Source: Planctomicrobium piriforme
GTDB taxonomy: Bacteria; Planctomycetota; Planctomycetia; Pirellulales; UBA1268
Direction of reading: 5' to 3'
Assembly (NCBI GenBank): GCA_945871035.1
Contig: CAMBUD010000004.1
Coordinates: 9,001 to 73,000 of the forward strand
Length of the DNA: 64,000 nucleotides
Below, piece by piece: positions 29,322-38,081 of this stretch. The notes under the pieces are model-generated. The model did no database searches, was not told the origin of the DNA, and was given only the letters and a program-made list of their open reading frames with translations. The position numbers and the translations under genes were made by a program. Every line of letters starts with the position of its first letter. Positions within the stretch are counted from its first letter, which is position 1.

Positions 29322-30587
29322 TCAACCGTTCGCATGCTCGATGGCGAGCGTTACAGCGAATGTGATTTCGTCTCCACGTGCGCGACAGGCAGCGCGAAGC
29401 ATTTCCCAGTCGGGCCCGATGGCGGCCAATTCAACGAGCGATGGCAGCATGCCGGTGGCCTGCATGCTGCTGGCCATCGACGCATCATTGGGTCGCTCAA
29501 GCGCAGCGTGCAGCGCCTCGGTTGGCCGTCCGATCCTCCAGAGCAGGAGCACGAGCGTGTCGGCGGGCAACGTTCCCGAGTCTTCCAAACGCGCTGTCGC
29601 TGCAGCGGAACGAAAAAAGCGAATCGCCTTTTCCACATCGAATCCCAGTTGTGCGCCGTAGAACAGCTTTGAGGATTCAGCCACATTCGCAAAGGGTGCC
29701 TCCCCCGGGTAGACGGCCTCTGCAGGCAACCGGCAGGCGTAGTGGGCTAACTGCCACGCTTTTTGGATAGAAGCGAGCTTGGTACAGACCCGTGCCAGTC
29801 GGAGCACCGACTGGAGGTGCGACACATCGACGTGGATGGCAGGATCGTCGGCCATGCCTCCGGCCGCCTCCAAGAGTGCAGTAATCGACGTATCGCTAGG
29901 TGTGGATGAGTGAGAAGTGGGTGCAGGTAAAACAGTTCCACGCTGCAGCAGGTCGGCCGCCAGTGCCACAGAGATTTCCCCGTAGAGGTGATCGACAAGC
30001 ACATCGGCCGCCGGTTGCTGTCGCAGCATCGGTAGACGCGAGATGGCCTGCTCGTAGGCGGTGATGCCGTTGCAGGTGCCGTTGTGTGCGAGCAGGAGCG
30101 AAAGTCCTAGGGCCGGATGCACCCCTTCCCACAGTGCAACAGTGATGATTTCCTGTAATGTCTGCGAGGCGGCCTCGTCGTTTTCTGGCTCGGCAGCGCT
30201 TGGCTGTTTGTCCAATCGCGCTGCTAGGGTCGCTAGGGATTGCGCCATCTCTTCTGGCTCAGCGGCAGCACGCAGATACATCCAGCCCGCCGCCACGTGT
30301 CCTTCTTCCACCAGTGGCCACCCCACCTCACGGCAGGCTTCCAGCGATCGCTCGTCCAAGAGCAGGCGTTTAGCTGGATCGATCTGTGCAACATCGCCGA
30401 CCATTGCAATGCCCAGAGCAAAGCGGGCCTGCAGCAGCCGAGTGTCAAAGAGCGCATGCCAACGCTTGCGCTCTTTGAGCATGGTCGCCAGCGTGGTAAA
30501 CATCGCATCGACCCCCGCCGTCGCCGCGATTGTGGTTAGTTGCTCGTAGGCAACAGGCGCGACGGCAGATAGTGGTGTTTCGGTCAT
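29322..30587 (-). CDS. Hypothetical alpha-helical protein
   Basis: 421 aa from ATG 30587, which leaves a 46-nt gap to the upstream methyltransferase gene. The longest ORF (to 30860) would overlap that gene. No motif recognised. Confidence 0.6.
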   Translation of the reverse strand: MTETPLSAVAPVAYEQLTTIAATAGVDAMFTTLATMLKERKRWHALFDTRLLQARFALGIAMVGDVAQIDPAKRLLLDERSLEACREVGWPLVEEGHVAAGWMYLRAAAEPEEMAQSLATLAARLDKQPSAAEPENDEAASQTLQEIITVALWEGVHPALGLSLLLAHNGTCNGITAYEQAISRLPMLRQQPAADVLVDHLYGEISVALAADLLQRGTVLPAPTSHSSTPSDTSITALLEAAGGMADDPAIHVDVSHLQSVLRLARVCTKLASIQKAWQLAHYACRLPAEAVYPGEAPFANVAESSKLFYGAQLGFDVEKAIRFFRSAAATARLEDSGTLPADTLVLLLWRIGRPTEALHAALERPNDASMASSMQATGMLPSLVELAAIGPDWEMLRAACRARGDEITFAVTLAIEHANG

Positions 30588-30633
30588 CAAGTATCTTTCA
30601 AAGTTGCTTGCTTCAAAAGCGGCAACGCGAGCA

Positions 30634-31497
30634 TCAGACTTGCTGCTCGCGTTGCCGCCAGGCCTCGTATGCCAAAACGGCTGCTGTGGCCGAAACATTG
30701 AGGCTATCGGCCCTGCCGACCATCGGCAGTCGCACCGATAGAAAGCGGAGCACTCCGCTGGCAGCGGCCTGTTGCCAGAGGGGTGAGATGCCGTGCGCCT
30801 CGCTGCCCAACAGAATCGCCACATTGTCAACGAGATCCGTTTTGTACCAGAGGCTCTCACCTGCCGGCATGGCCGCCACGATGCGTCTGCCGTTCAAGCG
30901 GCACCAGTCAAGGCCCTGCTGTGTTGAGGCGACCGCTAGCGGCACCGTAAACACCGTGCCTAAGCTGGCGCGGATGACTGCCGGGTTTGCCGGATCGGTG
31001 CGGCCATCGCACACGATCACTCCCCCGATGCCAGAGGCATCCGCCGTGCGGAGAATCGCCCCCAAGTTGCCCGGTTTTTCGACCCCTTCAACGAGCAGCA
31101 CCGGCAGGCATTCCGCCACTTTCAATTGGTCAAGCGTCGGCGCTGAATAGCGGGCCACTCCCACACAGCCTTCGTTGCGCCCGCCAAAAGCGATCCGCTC
31201 GAAGGCTTTCCGCGAGAGGGCTAGAATCTGCGTGCCCCGAGCCACCAATGCTTGAAGCCAGTCGACAAAGGCCTGCTCTTTGAGTGGGTCACTGGCGGGC
31301 AGTGAACTTGCCCGCAACATTTCGGCATCGAGGAACAGCTCTACGATTGCAACGCCCTTGGCAACCGCCATTGCCAACTCGCGTCGCCCGTCGATGAGTG
31401 TGAGCCCCGTTTCGCGTCGCGCATTGGCATCGCGCAGCAGCGATGCTTGACGCACTCGCGGATTGGCAGCGCTACGAATTTCTTCATGGGGAATCAT
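30634..31497 (-). CDS. TrmH/SpoU-family RNA 2-prime-O-methyltransferase (RlmB-like)
   Basis: SPOUT motifs 'LVEGVEKPGNLGAILRTADASG', 'ILLGSEAHGISP', 'RLPMVGRADSLNVSATAAVLAYE'. ATG 31497 chosen; an in-frame ATG at 31533 would overlap the upstream gene. Confidence 0.85.
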   Translation of the reverse strand: MIPHEEIRSAANPRVRQASLLRDANARRETGLTLIDGRRELAMAVAKGVAIVELFLDAEMLRASSLPASDPLKEQAFVDWLQALVARGTQILALSRKAFERIAFGGRNEGCVGVARYSAPTLDQLKVAECLPVLLVEGVEKPGNLGAILRTADASGIGGVIVCDGRTDPANPAVIRASLGTVFTVPLAVASTQQGLDWCRLNGRRIVAAMPAGESLWYKTDLVDNVAILLGSEAHGISPLWQQAAASGVLRFLSVRLPMVGRADSLNVSATAAVLAYEAWRQREQQV

Positions 31498-31507
31498 GCG
31501 GCCTCGA

Positions 31508-32434
31508 TCATACGCTGGGAGCCTGTCGGGCATAGGCGCCTAGCGTGAGCAAGCGGCCAGCGTCGTCTTCGCAGGTGAGCCAACCCGATTCCATGCGCCG
31601 GCATCGCAGAACGCTAGCCAGCGCTTCCCGCAGGCGGCCGGCATGCCAGCCTGGGGAATGACACGTCAACAGGATCAGGGCATTCGTACTCCGTTTACCG
31701 GTATCAGAACTGCCGGTACTATCCAGCAGGGTGGCAATGTCTCCGAGCAGAGGCAAGAGATCTCGATCGATGGAAAAGGCCTGTCCTTTGGGCCCGTGGC
31801 CCCACGAAGGTGGATCGAGAACAACGCCCGCATAGCGAGCCCCCCTCCGCACCTCTCGTGCGATGAAGGTGCGAACATCCTCACAAATCCAGCGAATGGA
31901 GGCGTTTGTGAGTGCGGAAGCTGCAGCGTTGCGACGGGCCAGTGCCAGAGCAGGCCGCGAGGCATCGACGTGCACGACTTCGGCACCGGCCGCCGCCATG
32001 CAGAGTGTCGCGGCTCCGGCATGAGCAAAGAGAGACAGCATGGTGCCGTTGTTGGGAGTGACATGGTCCAGCCAACGACACTGCTCGAGCTGTTCGAGAA
32101 AGACGCCGATCTGTCCCGAGGGGGCCGGTCGCACCTCCAGCGAGAGCGTGAGGCGTGTCAGTGGCACTTCGATTCGCCACGGGTCTGGAGTGGGGCCTGT
32201 GAAGATCCAGCGGCTTTTTTCACCGCTGACTGTCTGGGTGGAATCAGTGCCAGAGATATGCTGCGCGGTGGCTGCTGTCCACAGGTCGGGAAATTGCCGT
32301 AGATTCTGCACGTGCGGGAGTGGCCGATCGACAAGAATGCCGCCGAGCCGTTCGAGTCGACGACCACAGCCAAAATCGACAAGTGCCGGGTCGCGAAACT
32401 TTTGCACGCCTGAATCGTTCATAAGCAGTAGCAT
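31508..32434 (-). CDS. Class I SAM-dependent RNA methyltransferase (RlmI/RlmK-like)
   Basis: 'MLSLFAHAGAATLCMAAAGAEVVHVDAS' (SAM-binding G-rich loop context), 'YAGVVLDPPSWGHGPKG' (DPP-type catalytic motif). Confidence 0.7.
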   Translation of the reverse strand: MLLLMNDSGVQKFRDPALVDFGCGRRLERLGGILVDRPLPHVQNLRQFPDLWTAATAQHISGTDSTQTVSGEKSRWIFTGPTPDPWRIEVPLTRLTLSLEVRPAPSGQIGVFLEQLEQCRWLDHVTPNNGTMLSLFAHAGAATLCMAAAGAEVVHVDASRPALALARRNAAASALTNASIRWICEDVRTFIAREVRRGARYAGVVLDPPSWGHGPKGQAFSIDRDLLPLLGDIATLLDSTGSSDTGKRSTNALILLTCHSPGWHAGRLREALASVLRCRRMESGWLTCEDDAGRLLTLGAYARQAPSV

Positions 32435-32506
32435 ACGCTGGATCTATAGATTGATAAATTGATCATTCAAACAGAGGCCGATTCAAAACCCTGCGGAGCC
32501 ATTTCT

Positions 32507-33211
32507 ATGATCCGTCCATTTTGTTTCTGGCTGGTCGCACCCCTGTGTGTGGCTGTGCTCATCGCGGTATCGGGATTGCCACCGGTGCAAGCAGCTGAAA
32601 CAGGCCCCACCCTTTTTCAAGCCACGGTCAACTCTTGGATGGCAGTCGTGGCCCTCGTTGAAAACGATGCAGACGACGATGCAGACGACGATGAAGACGA
32701 CGATGCTAAGCCGAAGCACCGTCACCCCCACCACAAGCCAATGCACCCCGTTGCCCCGCACGGCTGGCACCACCCAGGGCATGATTCCGAGCAGGGCATG
32801 CAACACGCCCGCGGACAGGATCGTTGGCCCGGCCCACCGGGGCGGCCGCCGCAGATGCCAGACATGAATCGGATGTTGATGGAGCAATTCAACGAAGTGA
32901 TTGCCAGACTGACACGCATCGAGAATCGCCTCGGCGGCGGGTCCAGCAGCGAGCGGAGTTCACCGCCGGACAGGGATCGCAACCAGAATCGAAAGGAAAT
33001 GGATGGCAAGCAGCGCCGTGGTCCTGAAGAAGTGCGGCGTCAACTGCCGGAAGAACAGCAACGCATGATGGAGCAGCGCATGCAGGAAGGGCGGCGGCGG
33101 ATGGAAAATGCCAAGAGCGGCATGGAGGAAGCCCGCCGACAGTTTAAAGAGATGCAGCAACGCATCGAGAGACTGGAAGACGAAATCAAGCGGCTGAAGT
33201 CCCAGAATTAG
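32507..33211 (+). CDS. Secreted Asp-rich/His-rich protein with C-terminal coiled coil (Spy/CpxP/ZraP-like?)
   Basis: Signal peptide 'MIRPFCFWLVAPLCVAVLIAVSGLPPVQA'. 'ENDADDDADDDEDDDAKPKHRHPHHKPMHPVAPHGWHHPGHD'. 'LPEEQQRMMEQRMQE' resembles the LTxxQ motif. Contains a 12-nt x3 tandem repeat at 32666-32701. Confidence 0.55.
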   Translation: MIRPFCFWLVAPLCVAVLIAVSGLPPVQAAETGPTLFQATVNSWMAVVALVENDADDDADDDEDDDAKPKHRHPHHKPMHPVAPHGWHHPGHDSEQGMQHARGQDRWPGPPGRPPQMPDMNRMLMEQFNEVIARLTRIENRLGGGSSSERSSPPDRDRNQNRKEMDGKQRRGPEEVRRQLPEEQQRMMEQRMQEGRRRMENAKSGMEEARRQFKEMQQRIERLEDEIKRLKSQN

Positions 33212-33247
33212 CAGCTGAACTGTCGGGCAGAACCGCCAGCGCCGCCA

Positions 33248-35398
33248 TTACTTGCGGGCCAGCTTTTTTTGCTTGGAACGGACTGGTGCAGCAGAAGATG
33301 CTGCTGCTGGCACCGTCGCTCCTGGAATCATGGTGGGTACGATGATGCAGTTGTCACCCAGATCGAGGTCATCCTCTTCCTCGATGGGGCGACCGCGGTC
33401 ATCTAATTTTGTGTCGGCTTCAGCGGTCTTGCGTTTGGCTACATCGAGTAGGCGTTGGTAGAGTTTTTCCCGGTCGGCACCGTTGATGACCGAAACAGCC
33501 GTGGCGACTTCGCCGAGATACCGCAAGAAGATGCTGCGTCGCTGTCCTTCCTGCGCCACGCGCTGCCGCCGACGCATGTACATGCCAAACTTCCGCCCGA
33601 CAGCCTGCAGGGCCAGGCGGATTTCCTTGGTGATTTCTGGATAGGAGGCAATCGCTTCCTTCGATTCACTCGTAAAGGGAACCCAGACACTCGCCATGTG
33701 CACCATCACCGTCACCGGTCCGCTGGGCAGGCTACCGCGTGACTGCGACAGGCCGTACGACCGCCAATTGGTGGCGAGAATCGTTTGTGTCACCGCGCAG
33801 GCAGCGTACTGAAATTGCAGCGGCACACGGTTGGCATAGCGCAGCACCGTCATGTTTTGTCCTTCGTCGACGTTGACGTGCTGCATCGCCCCATGCAGAG
33901 TGGCGAGCGCATCTTTTTTGAGCTTCGCAGGAGATTGTCGGCTGACTAATTTTGCGGCATCCAAAATTTTGTCCGCCGCCTCGCCTCCCAAGCCGGCAAA
34001 TGTCGTCGTCAGAAATTGCCGCAGGCTTCGCGCATCGCTTTCGCTGACGAGTTCGGACAGCGCCTCAAGCGACACCTTCTGAGCTGCCGGACCGCCACCG
34101 TAGGCAAGCGCCGCTTCGATCACGAAGGGATTGCCACGGTAGACGCTTGGCGGCCGCGTGGCGGCGACAAAAAATTCTCCCGGCACAACTTGCCGGAGTC
34201 CGGCGAGCAATCGCTGTTCACCAATCGGCACAACGCAGTCGGTGGCCGGCGGTGGAATCTTTGTCTCTTGAATGGCCCGGTAGATGGCATCGGCCTCGCC
34301 CCGGCCAATCTTTGCGCAGGTGGCCCGCGTAGAGAGCTTGGCGGTATCACAGATTCGTTTAGCGACCCCGTGAGAAACGCGCGAGAATGAACTGGTGAGA
34401 AACTGTGTCACAGAAATCTTTGGATTGTCTTGCAGCATTGTCACCAGCCTGCCAAGCTCCACACCGTAGGGATGCGGCTTGATCTCGCGTGGCTCCTGCG
34501 GCAGATCGTAAGTCGAACGCTCTAGAATGCGTTCCGGTGCGTCCCCACTTTGAAAATGGATGCGAGCGTGCGGATTGGAAATCGCCGTCTGTTCCAGATA
34601 CTCTTCGACACTGCCACGGCCCCGCTGAAATTTGGCCTCCATCTCAATCGTTACGCGTGTGCCATGATTGATCGGCTCTCCCAGATCATTGGCGGCGATC
34701 CACTCAATGCCATGTTTGGCCATGAAATCGGCACCGCTCTTGCCGGCAGCAATGTCGATACCCGCTCCCTTGCCATTTAAAATCTCCGGGTGGTTTGTTT
34801 TTGTATCGATGCGCAGTTCGTAGTAGTGGGCTGGATCCTTAGCGGATATTTTTGAGATGATCTTCACCGGTTTTCCAGTGGTGAGAACGCCATACATGCC
34901 GGCAGCGGAGATACCGATTCCCTGCTGGCCGCGGCTCATGCGGAGGCGGTGGAATTTTGAACCGTAGAGCAACTTTCCGAAGATCAGCGGAATTTGTTTG
35001 CTGACAATGCCCGGCCCGTTGTCCTGAACACTGACGCGGTAACGGTTGTGGGAATGTTCTTCGATGTGCACCCAGATCTCTGGCAAGATGCCGGCTTCCT
35101 CACAGGCATCCAGCGAGTTATCAACCGCCTCCTTCACGCTGGTGAGCAGCGCTTTTCGCGGTGAGTCGAATCCCAGCAGGTGCCGGTTTTTGGCGAAGAA
35201 TTCGCTGACAGAAATATCCCGCTGACCGGCGGCGAGGGCCTGAGCAGTCGCCCGGCGCTTTGTCGGAGCGGTCGGAGCAGACGATTGACCGGCCAACACA
35301 GGTGGCTGGCTAGCGGCAACCTTTTCTGTTGCCACCGGTGCAGACACAGATGGACGGGCACGCGGCGAAGTTTTTCGCTGTTTTTTTGAGATAGGCAT
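33248..35398 (-). CDS. top6B: DNA topoisomerase VI subunit B (GHKL ATPase)
   Basis: 'ISVSEFFAKNRHLLGFDSPRKALLTSVKEAVDNSLDACEEAGILPEI', 'VQDNGPGIVSKQIPLIFGKLLYGSKF', 'SRGQQGIGISAAGMYG' match the Bergerat-fold motifs of archaeal Top6B as I recall them. Basic ~60-aa N-terminal extension and an acidic/basic C-terminal tail. Confidence 0.88.
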   Translation of the reverse strand: MPISKKQRKTSPRARPSVSAPVATEKVAASQPPVLAGQSSAPTAPTKRRATAQALAAGQRDISVSEFFAKNRHLLGFDSPRKALLTSVKEAVDNSLDACEEAGILPEIWVHIEEHSHNRYRVSVQDNGPGIVSKQIPLIFGKLLYGSKFHRLRMSRGQQGIGISAAGMYGVLTTGKPVKIISKISAKDPAHYYELRIDTKTNHPEILNGKGAGIDIAAGKSGADFMAKHGIEWIAANDLGEPINHGTRVTIEMEAKFQRGRGSVEEYLEQTAISNPHARIHFQSGDAPERILERSTYDLPQEPREIKPHPYGVELGRLVTMLQDNPKISVTQFLTSSFSRVSHGVAKRICDTAKLSTRATCAKIGRGEADAIYRAIQETKIPPPATDCVVPIGEQRLLAGLRQVVPGEFFVAATRPPSVYRGNPFVIEAALAYGGGPAAQKVSLEALSELVSESDARSLRQFLTTTFAGLGGEAADKILDAAKLVSRQSPAKLKKDALATLHGAMQHVNVDEGQNMTVLRYANRVPLQFQYAACAVTQTILATNWRSYGLSQSRGSLPSGPVTVMVHMASVWVPFTSESKEAIASYPEITKEIRLALQAVGRKFGMYMRRRQRVAQEGQRRSIFLRYLGEVATAVSVINGADREKLYQRLLDVAKRKTAEADTKLDDRGRPIEEEDDLDLGDNCIIVPTMIPGATVPAAASSAAPVRSKQKKLARK

Positions 35399-35827
35399 GG
35401 AAGGGTAGATTTATAAAGACTGTGATCAGAGGGAACCGATTTGGCAAGAGGGGCAAAGTGTAGCGGTTGTTTGGGTGTGGTGACACGGCCGGTCAAACGG
35501 CCCGCCTCGTCGAGAGTGACTCGATCGCCTTCGACTTTGGTGTCGCACCGGCAAAGGGGGCGGCAAAAGTCTGCTCGCGTGGGCTGCGGCGGCCCAATGC
35601 TCGTCGAGCGTTCGCCGACCCCCTTGCTCCCTCTGCCGGTTTTCCATGTCGCCGCGACAGCTAGCCGAGATGCGCTCGAGGGCTCGACTGTGCGTGTCGG
35701 GTAGGCGTGTCGGCCTTTTGAAGGTGGAAGTGATGAATGGCATCGGAAACTGCCGAATTTTCCTCTGACTGGGGGTGGCGTTGCCAGGAGTTCTTGGCAG
35801 CCGTCTTGTAAGAACGAGGTGATCGGT

Positions 35828-36178
35828 ATGCTGCTTTGCTCGAGAATCGATTGCCGCGTGGCCAGCGGTATTTCGGCGGCCCTGATGATCGTCTTGGGCA
35901 GCGCGTTAGCAGCCGCCCCAATCAACGGCGGCGTCGAGGCACCGACGCCGGATGTTTTTTATAACTTCTACGCTCCACCAGTTGCGGCTGGCAACTACCC
36001 AGGGTTGGGTGCCCAGCTATACGTCTCGCCCCGTCCGGTGCCGCCGCGCGTCGGCCACACGTGGAATACCTATCCACCCTTTATGCCACATGAATTTCTC
36101 TACAAGCATCACCGGCGGTATATCCGCCCTGCCGGTGTAACAGGCATGCGGACAGTTGTGCATGCACATTGGTGGTAA
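35828..36178 (+). CDS. Small secreted Pro/Tyr/His-rich protein (function unknown)
   Basis: Signal peptide 'MLLCSRIDCRVASGISAALMIVLGSALAAAP'. 'LYVSPRPVPPRVGHTWNTYPPFMPHEFLYKHHRRY'. GAGG lies 8 nt upstream of ATG 35828. Confidence 0.55.
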   Translation: MLLCSRIDCRVASGISAALMIVLGSALAAAPINGGVEAPTPDVFYNFYAPPVAAGNYPGLGAQLYVSPRPVPPRVGHTWNTYPPFMPHEFLYKHHRRYIRPAGVTGMRTVVHAHWW

Positions 36179-36209
36179 TGATCCTGAGCAGCAACGGCTG
36201 GCAGCCCCT

Positions 36210-36626
36210 ATGAATTCTATGAACAATCTTTTTCTTTTTCCCAAGCATCGTTTCTGTGACCGGTCTTTGCTGGTTGTGTTGCTGGCGTTCTGTTGGATCG
36301 GATCGCTGCAGACCGCGCAAGCCGGCGGTCATGACGTGATTGAAAAACGCTATTTTCTGCGCAGTCAGGGGGCGAGTTGGCACAGCGCGTGGTACAGTCC
36401 GTGGGAAGGACGGCCACTCGCGCTGGTTGTGCCGCCCACCGCCGAGTTTACAACAGAATATTCTTGGGGCGTCCCGAGTTCGCGGGTGCTGCCACTGGTG
36501 CACCAGTACCACCGCCCCTATCCCGGGCCGGGTGCTGTTTCAGGCCGATACCGATTCAGACCGACCCCGAATCAGCCGAGCGACACGGTGCAGTTTGGAG
36601 TGCAATCGATTCGCGGACCGTGGTAG
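36210..36626 (+). CDS. Small secreted protein (function unknown), tandem with the preceding gene
   Basis: ATG 36210. Signal peptide 'LLVVLLAFCWIGSLQTAQA'. 'LALVVPPTAEFTTEYSWGVPSSRVLPLVHQYHRPYPGPG'. Begins 31 nt after the previous stop. Confidence 0.5.
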   Translation: MNSMNNLFLFPKHRFCDRSLLVVLLAFCWIGSLQTAQAGGHDVIEKRYFLRSQGASWHSAWYSPWEGRPLALVVPPTAEFTTEYSWGVPSSRVLPLVHQYHRPYPGPGAVSGRYRFRPTPNQPSDTVQFGVQSIRGPW

Positions 36627-36792
36627 GTCTTGCGCCGGTGCCGGTCTTCAAAGTCATCGACACGTTCCGGTGGCCTGTCGGCACTTGCGAGCGCACATTT
36701 GGTTGACGTGTCTCGCCGGCTCCTGCGCCTACCCGCTCTAGCGTTGCTCTAGCGTTGCCACTTTCGACGCTACCCAATCGACCGCATGCGCT

Positions 36793-37842
36793 CTAGCGAC
36801 GCAACTGCTCCCGCGCGAGTGTTGCCCAGGGGCTTTCGGGTGCCAAATTAAGAAAAGCACGCAGGTGGCGGTGGGCATCAGTGGAACGCCCCACTTCTGT
36901 GAGCACGCCGGCCATGTGCCAATGCGCATCGGCATAATCGGGCTGCTGATGCAGCACGCCCTCCAGCGCTGCCAGAGCCAATTCATGTTGGCCTAATTCG
37001 GCGAGTACACAGCCCAAGCTGGAGCGGGCTTCGAGATGGTCTGCATTCAGTTCAACGGCTGCATAGTAGCGTTCGCGCGCTGCGGTGAGATCCCCAGAAC
37101 GGTAGAGCAATTCGGCCAGCATAAACGCCACGTGTGCAGTAGGGCCTTGCGCTTGCAGCACAGCACGCAGCGCATCGGCCGCCTCCACCAGTTCGCCAGC
37201 CGCCTCTAAATCAGCTGCGAGGTCGAGCAGTTCGGCAATGTCCGTGGGCTTGCATTCGTCGGGTCTTTCCGCGGCAACCCACGGGTGTTCAAGAGCCGAC
37301 TCAGCGGGAAAGGCATGCAGACCCGCAGTGTAAAAATGGAACTGCAACTGCCCCCCTGCTCCCACGAGCAAATCTCCCTGACGGATGCTCAAGCGGCAGC
37401 CGTCCGCCACGATTCGCTCAGCGATCCGCGCTGCTGCAACGGCACCGCCGGGGGCCAGTCCGGCCAATTTTCCATCGATCTCACGCAGAGAAAGGCCGGC
37501 CGAAAGCAGTCGCACCAAATGCCGTCCCACCACAAGCTGCTCAAAATCAAACCACTCAATCGATCCCGCGCATTTGACAGGCACCAGCAGGCCGTTGCGT
37601 AGCCAGTAACGTACAGCCGCTAGCGGGGCCGGCAAGACAGCAGCCATCATTGCCACCGTGTAGAGCCGTTGCACGCCAGTGTGATCGCCTACCCCAGAGA
37701 GCGTGTCTGGCTCTTCATCGTCAAAGAGCAGACGATCAATCGGGATTGATGCGGGCTTAAAGTGCAACACACTGCGCGAATCTTTGTGCGCTGCGCGCGT
37801 GAGGTTTGGCTTGGTGGGGTCGTCTGTGACCTTGATTGGCAT
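36793..37842 (-). CDS. MerR-type HTH protein fused to C-terminal TPR repeats
   Basis: 'LYTVAMMAAVLPAPLAAVRYWLRNGLLVPV...FDFEQLVVGRHLVRLLSAGLSLREI' (MerR HTH pattern). C-terminal TPR-like 'AARERYYAAVELNADHLEARSSLGCVLAELGQHELALAALEGVLHQQPDYADAHWHMAGVLTEVG'. ATG 37842 chosen; the longest ORF reaches 37947. Confidence 0.7.
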   Translation of the reverse strand: MPIKVTDDPTKPNLTRAAHKDSRSVLHFKPASIPIDRLLFDDEEPDTLSGVGDHTGVQRLYTVAMMAAVLPAPLAAVRYWLRNGLLVPVKCAGSIEWFDFEQLVVGRHLVRLLSAGLSLREIDGKLAGLAPGGAVAAARIAERIVADGCRLSIRQGDLLVGAGGQLQFHFYTAGLHAFPAESALEHPWVAAERPDECKPTDIAELLDLAADLEAAGELVEAADALRAVLQAQGPTAHVAFMLAELLYRSGDLTAARERYYAAVELNADHLEARSSLGCVLAELGQHELALAALEGVLHQQPDYADAHWHMAGVLTEVGRSTDAHRHLRAFLNLAPESPWATLAREQLRR

Positions 37843-37853
37843 GATGGAGGCCC

Positions 37854-37927
37854 AAAAAACCAGACGAGAAAACAGAAGAAACCAGAGGAAAACAGGAGAA
37901 AACAGACGAGAAACCAGAGGGGAAACC
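37854..37927. repeat. Polypurine (plus strand) low-complexity tract with an imperfect internal duplication
   Basis: Read directly. 'CAGACGAGAAAAC...ACCAGAGG' starts at 37861 and again at 37903. It lies immediately upstream of the MerR-TPR start codon, where it forms a pyrimidine-rich leader on the coding strand. Confidence 0.8.
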
Positions 37928-38081
37928 GGTACCCACCGTCGGCGCAACTCTACTCGACAGCCGTGACGCAGTCCAAGGGGGCAAGCTGTTGGGGCCGACA
38001 GTGACTGCGCACCACCGGTTCGGGACTGCCCCTCACGGATTCAGCGATTTGAAAAGCCAACTTCCATCGTGCTCGTGAGAA

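Noticed and set aside
35795-35810. TGGCAGCCGTCTTGTA upstream of the small secreted-protein pair as a sigma-54 promoter.
   Set aside because: The spacing is correct, but the near-invariant -12 GC is GT. The predicted transcription start would also fall downstream of the GAGG ribosome-binding site. The support is too weak to call.
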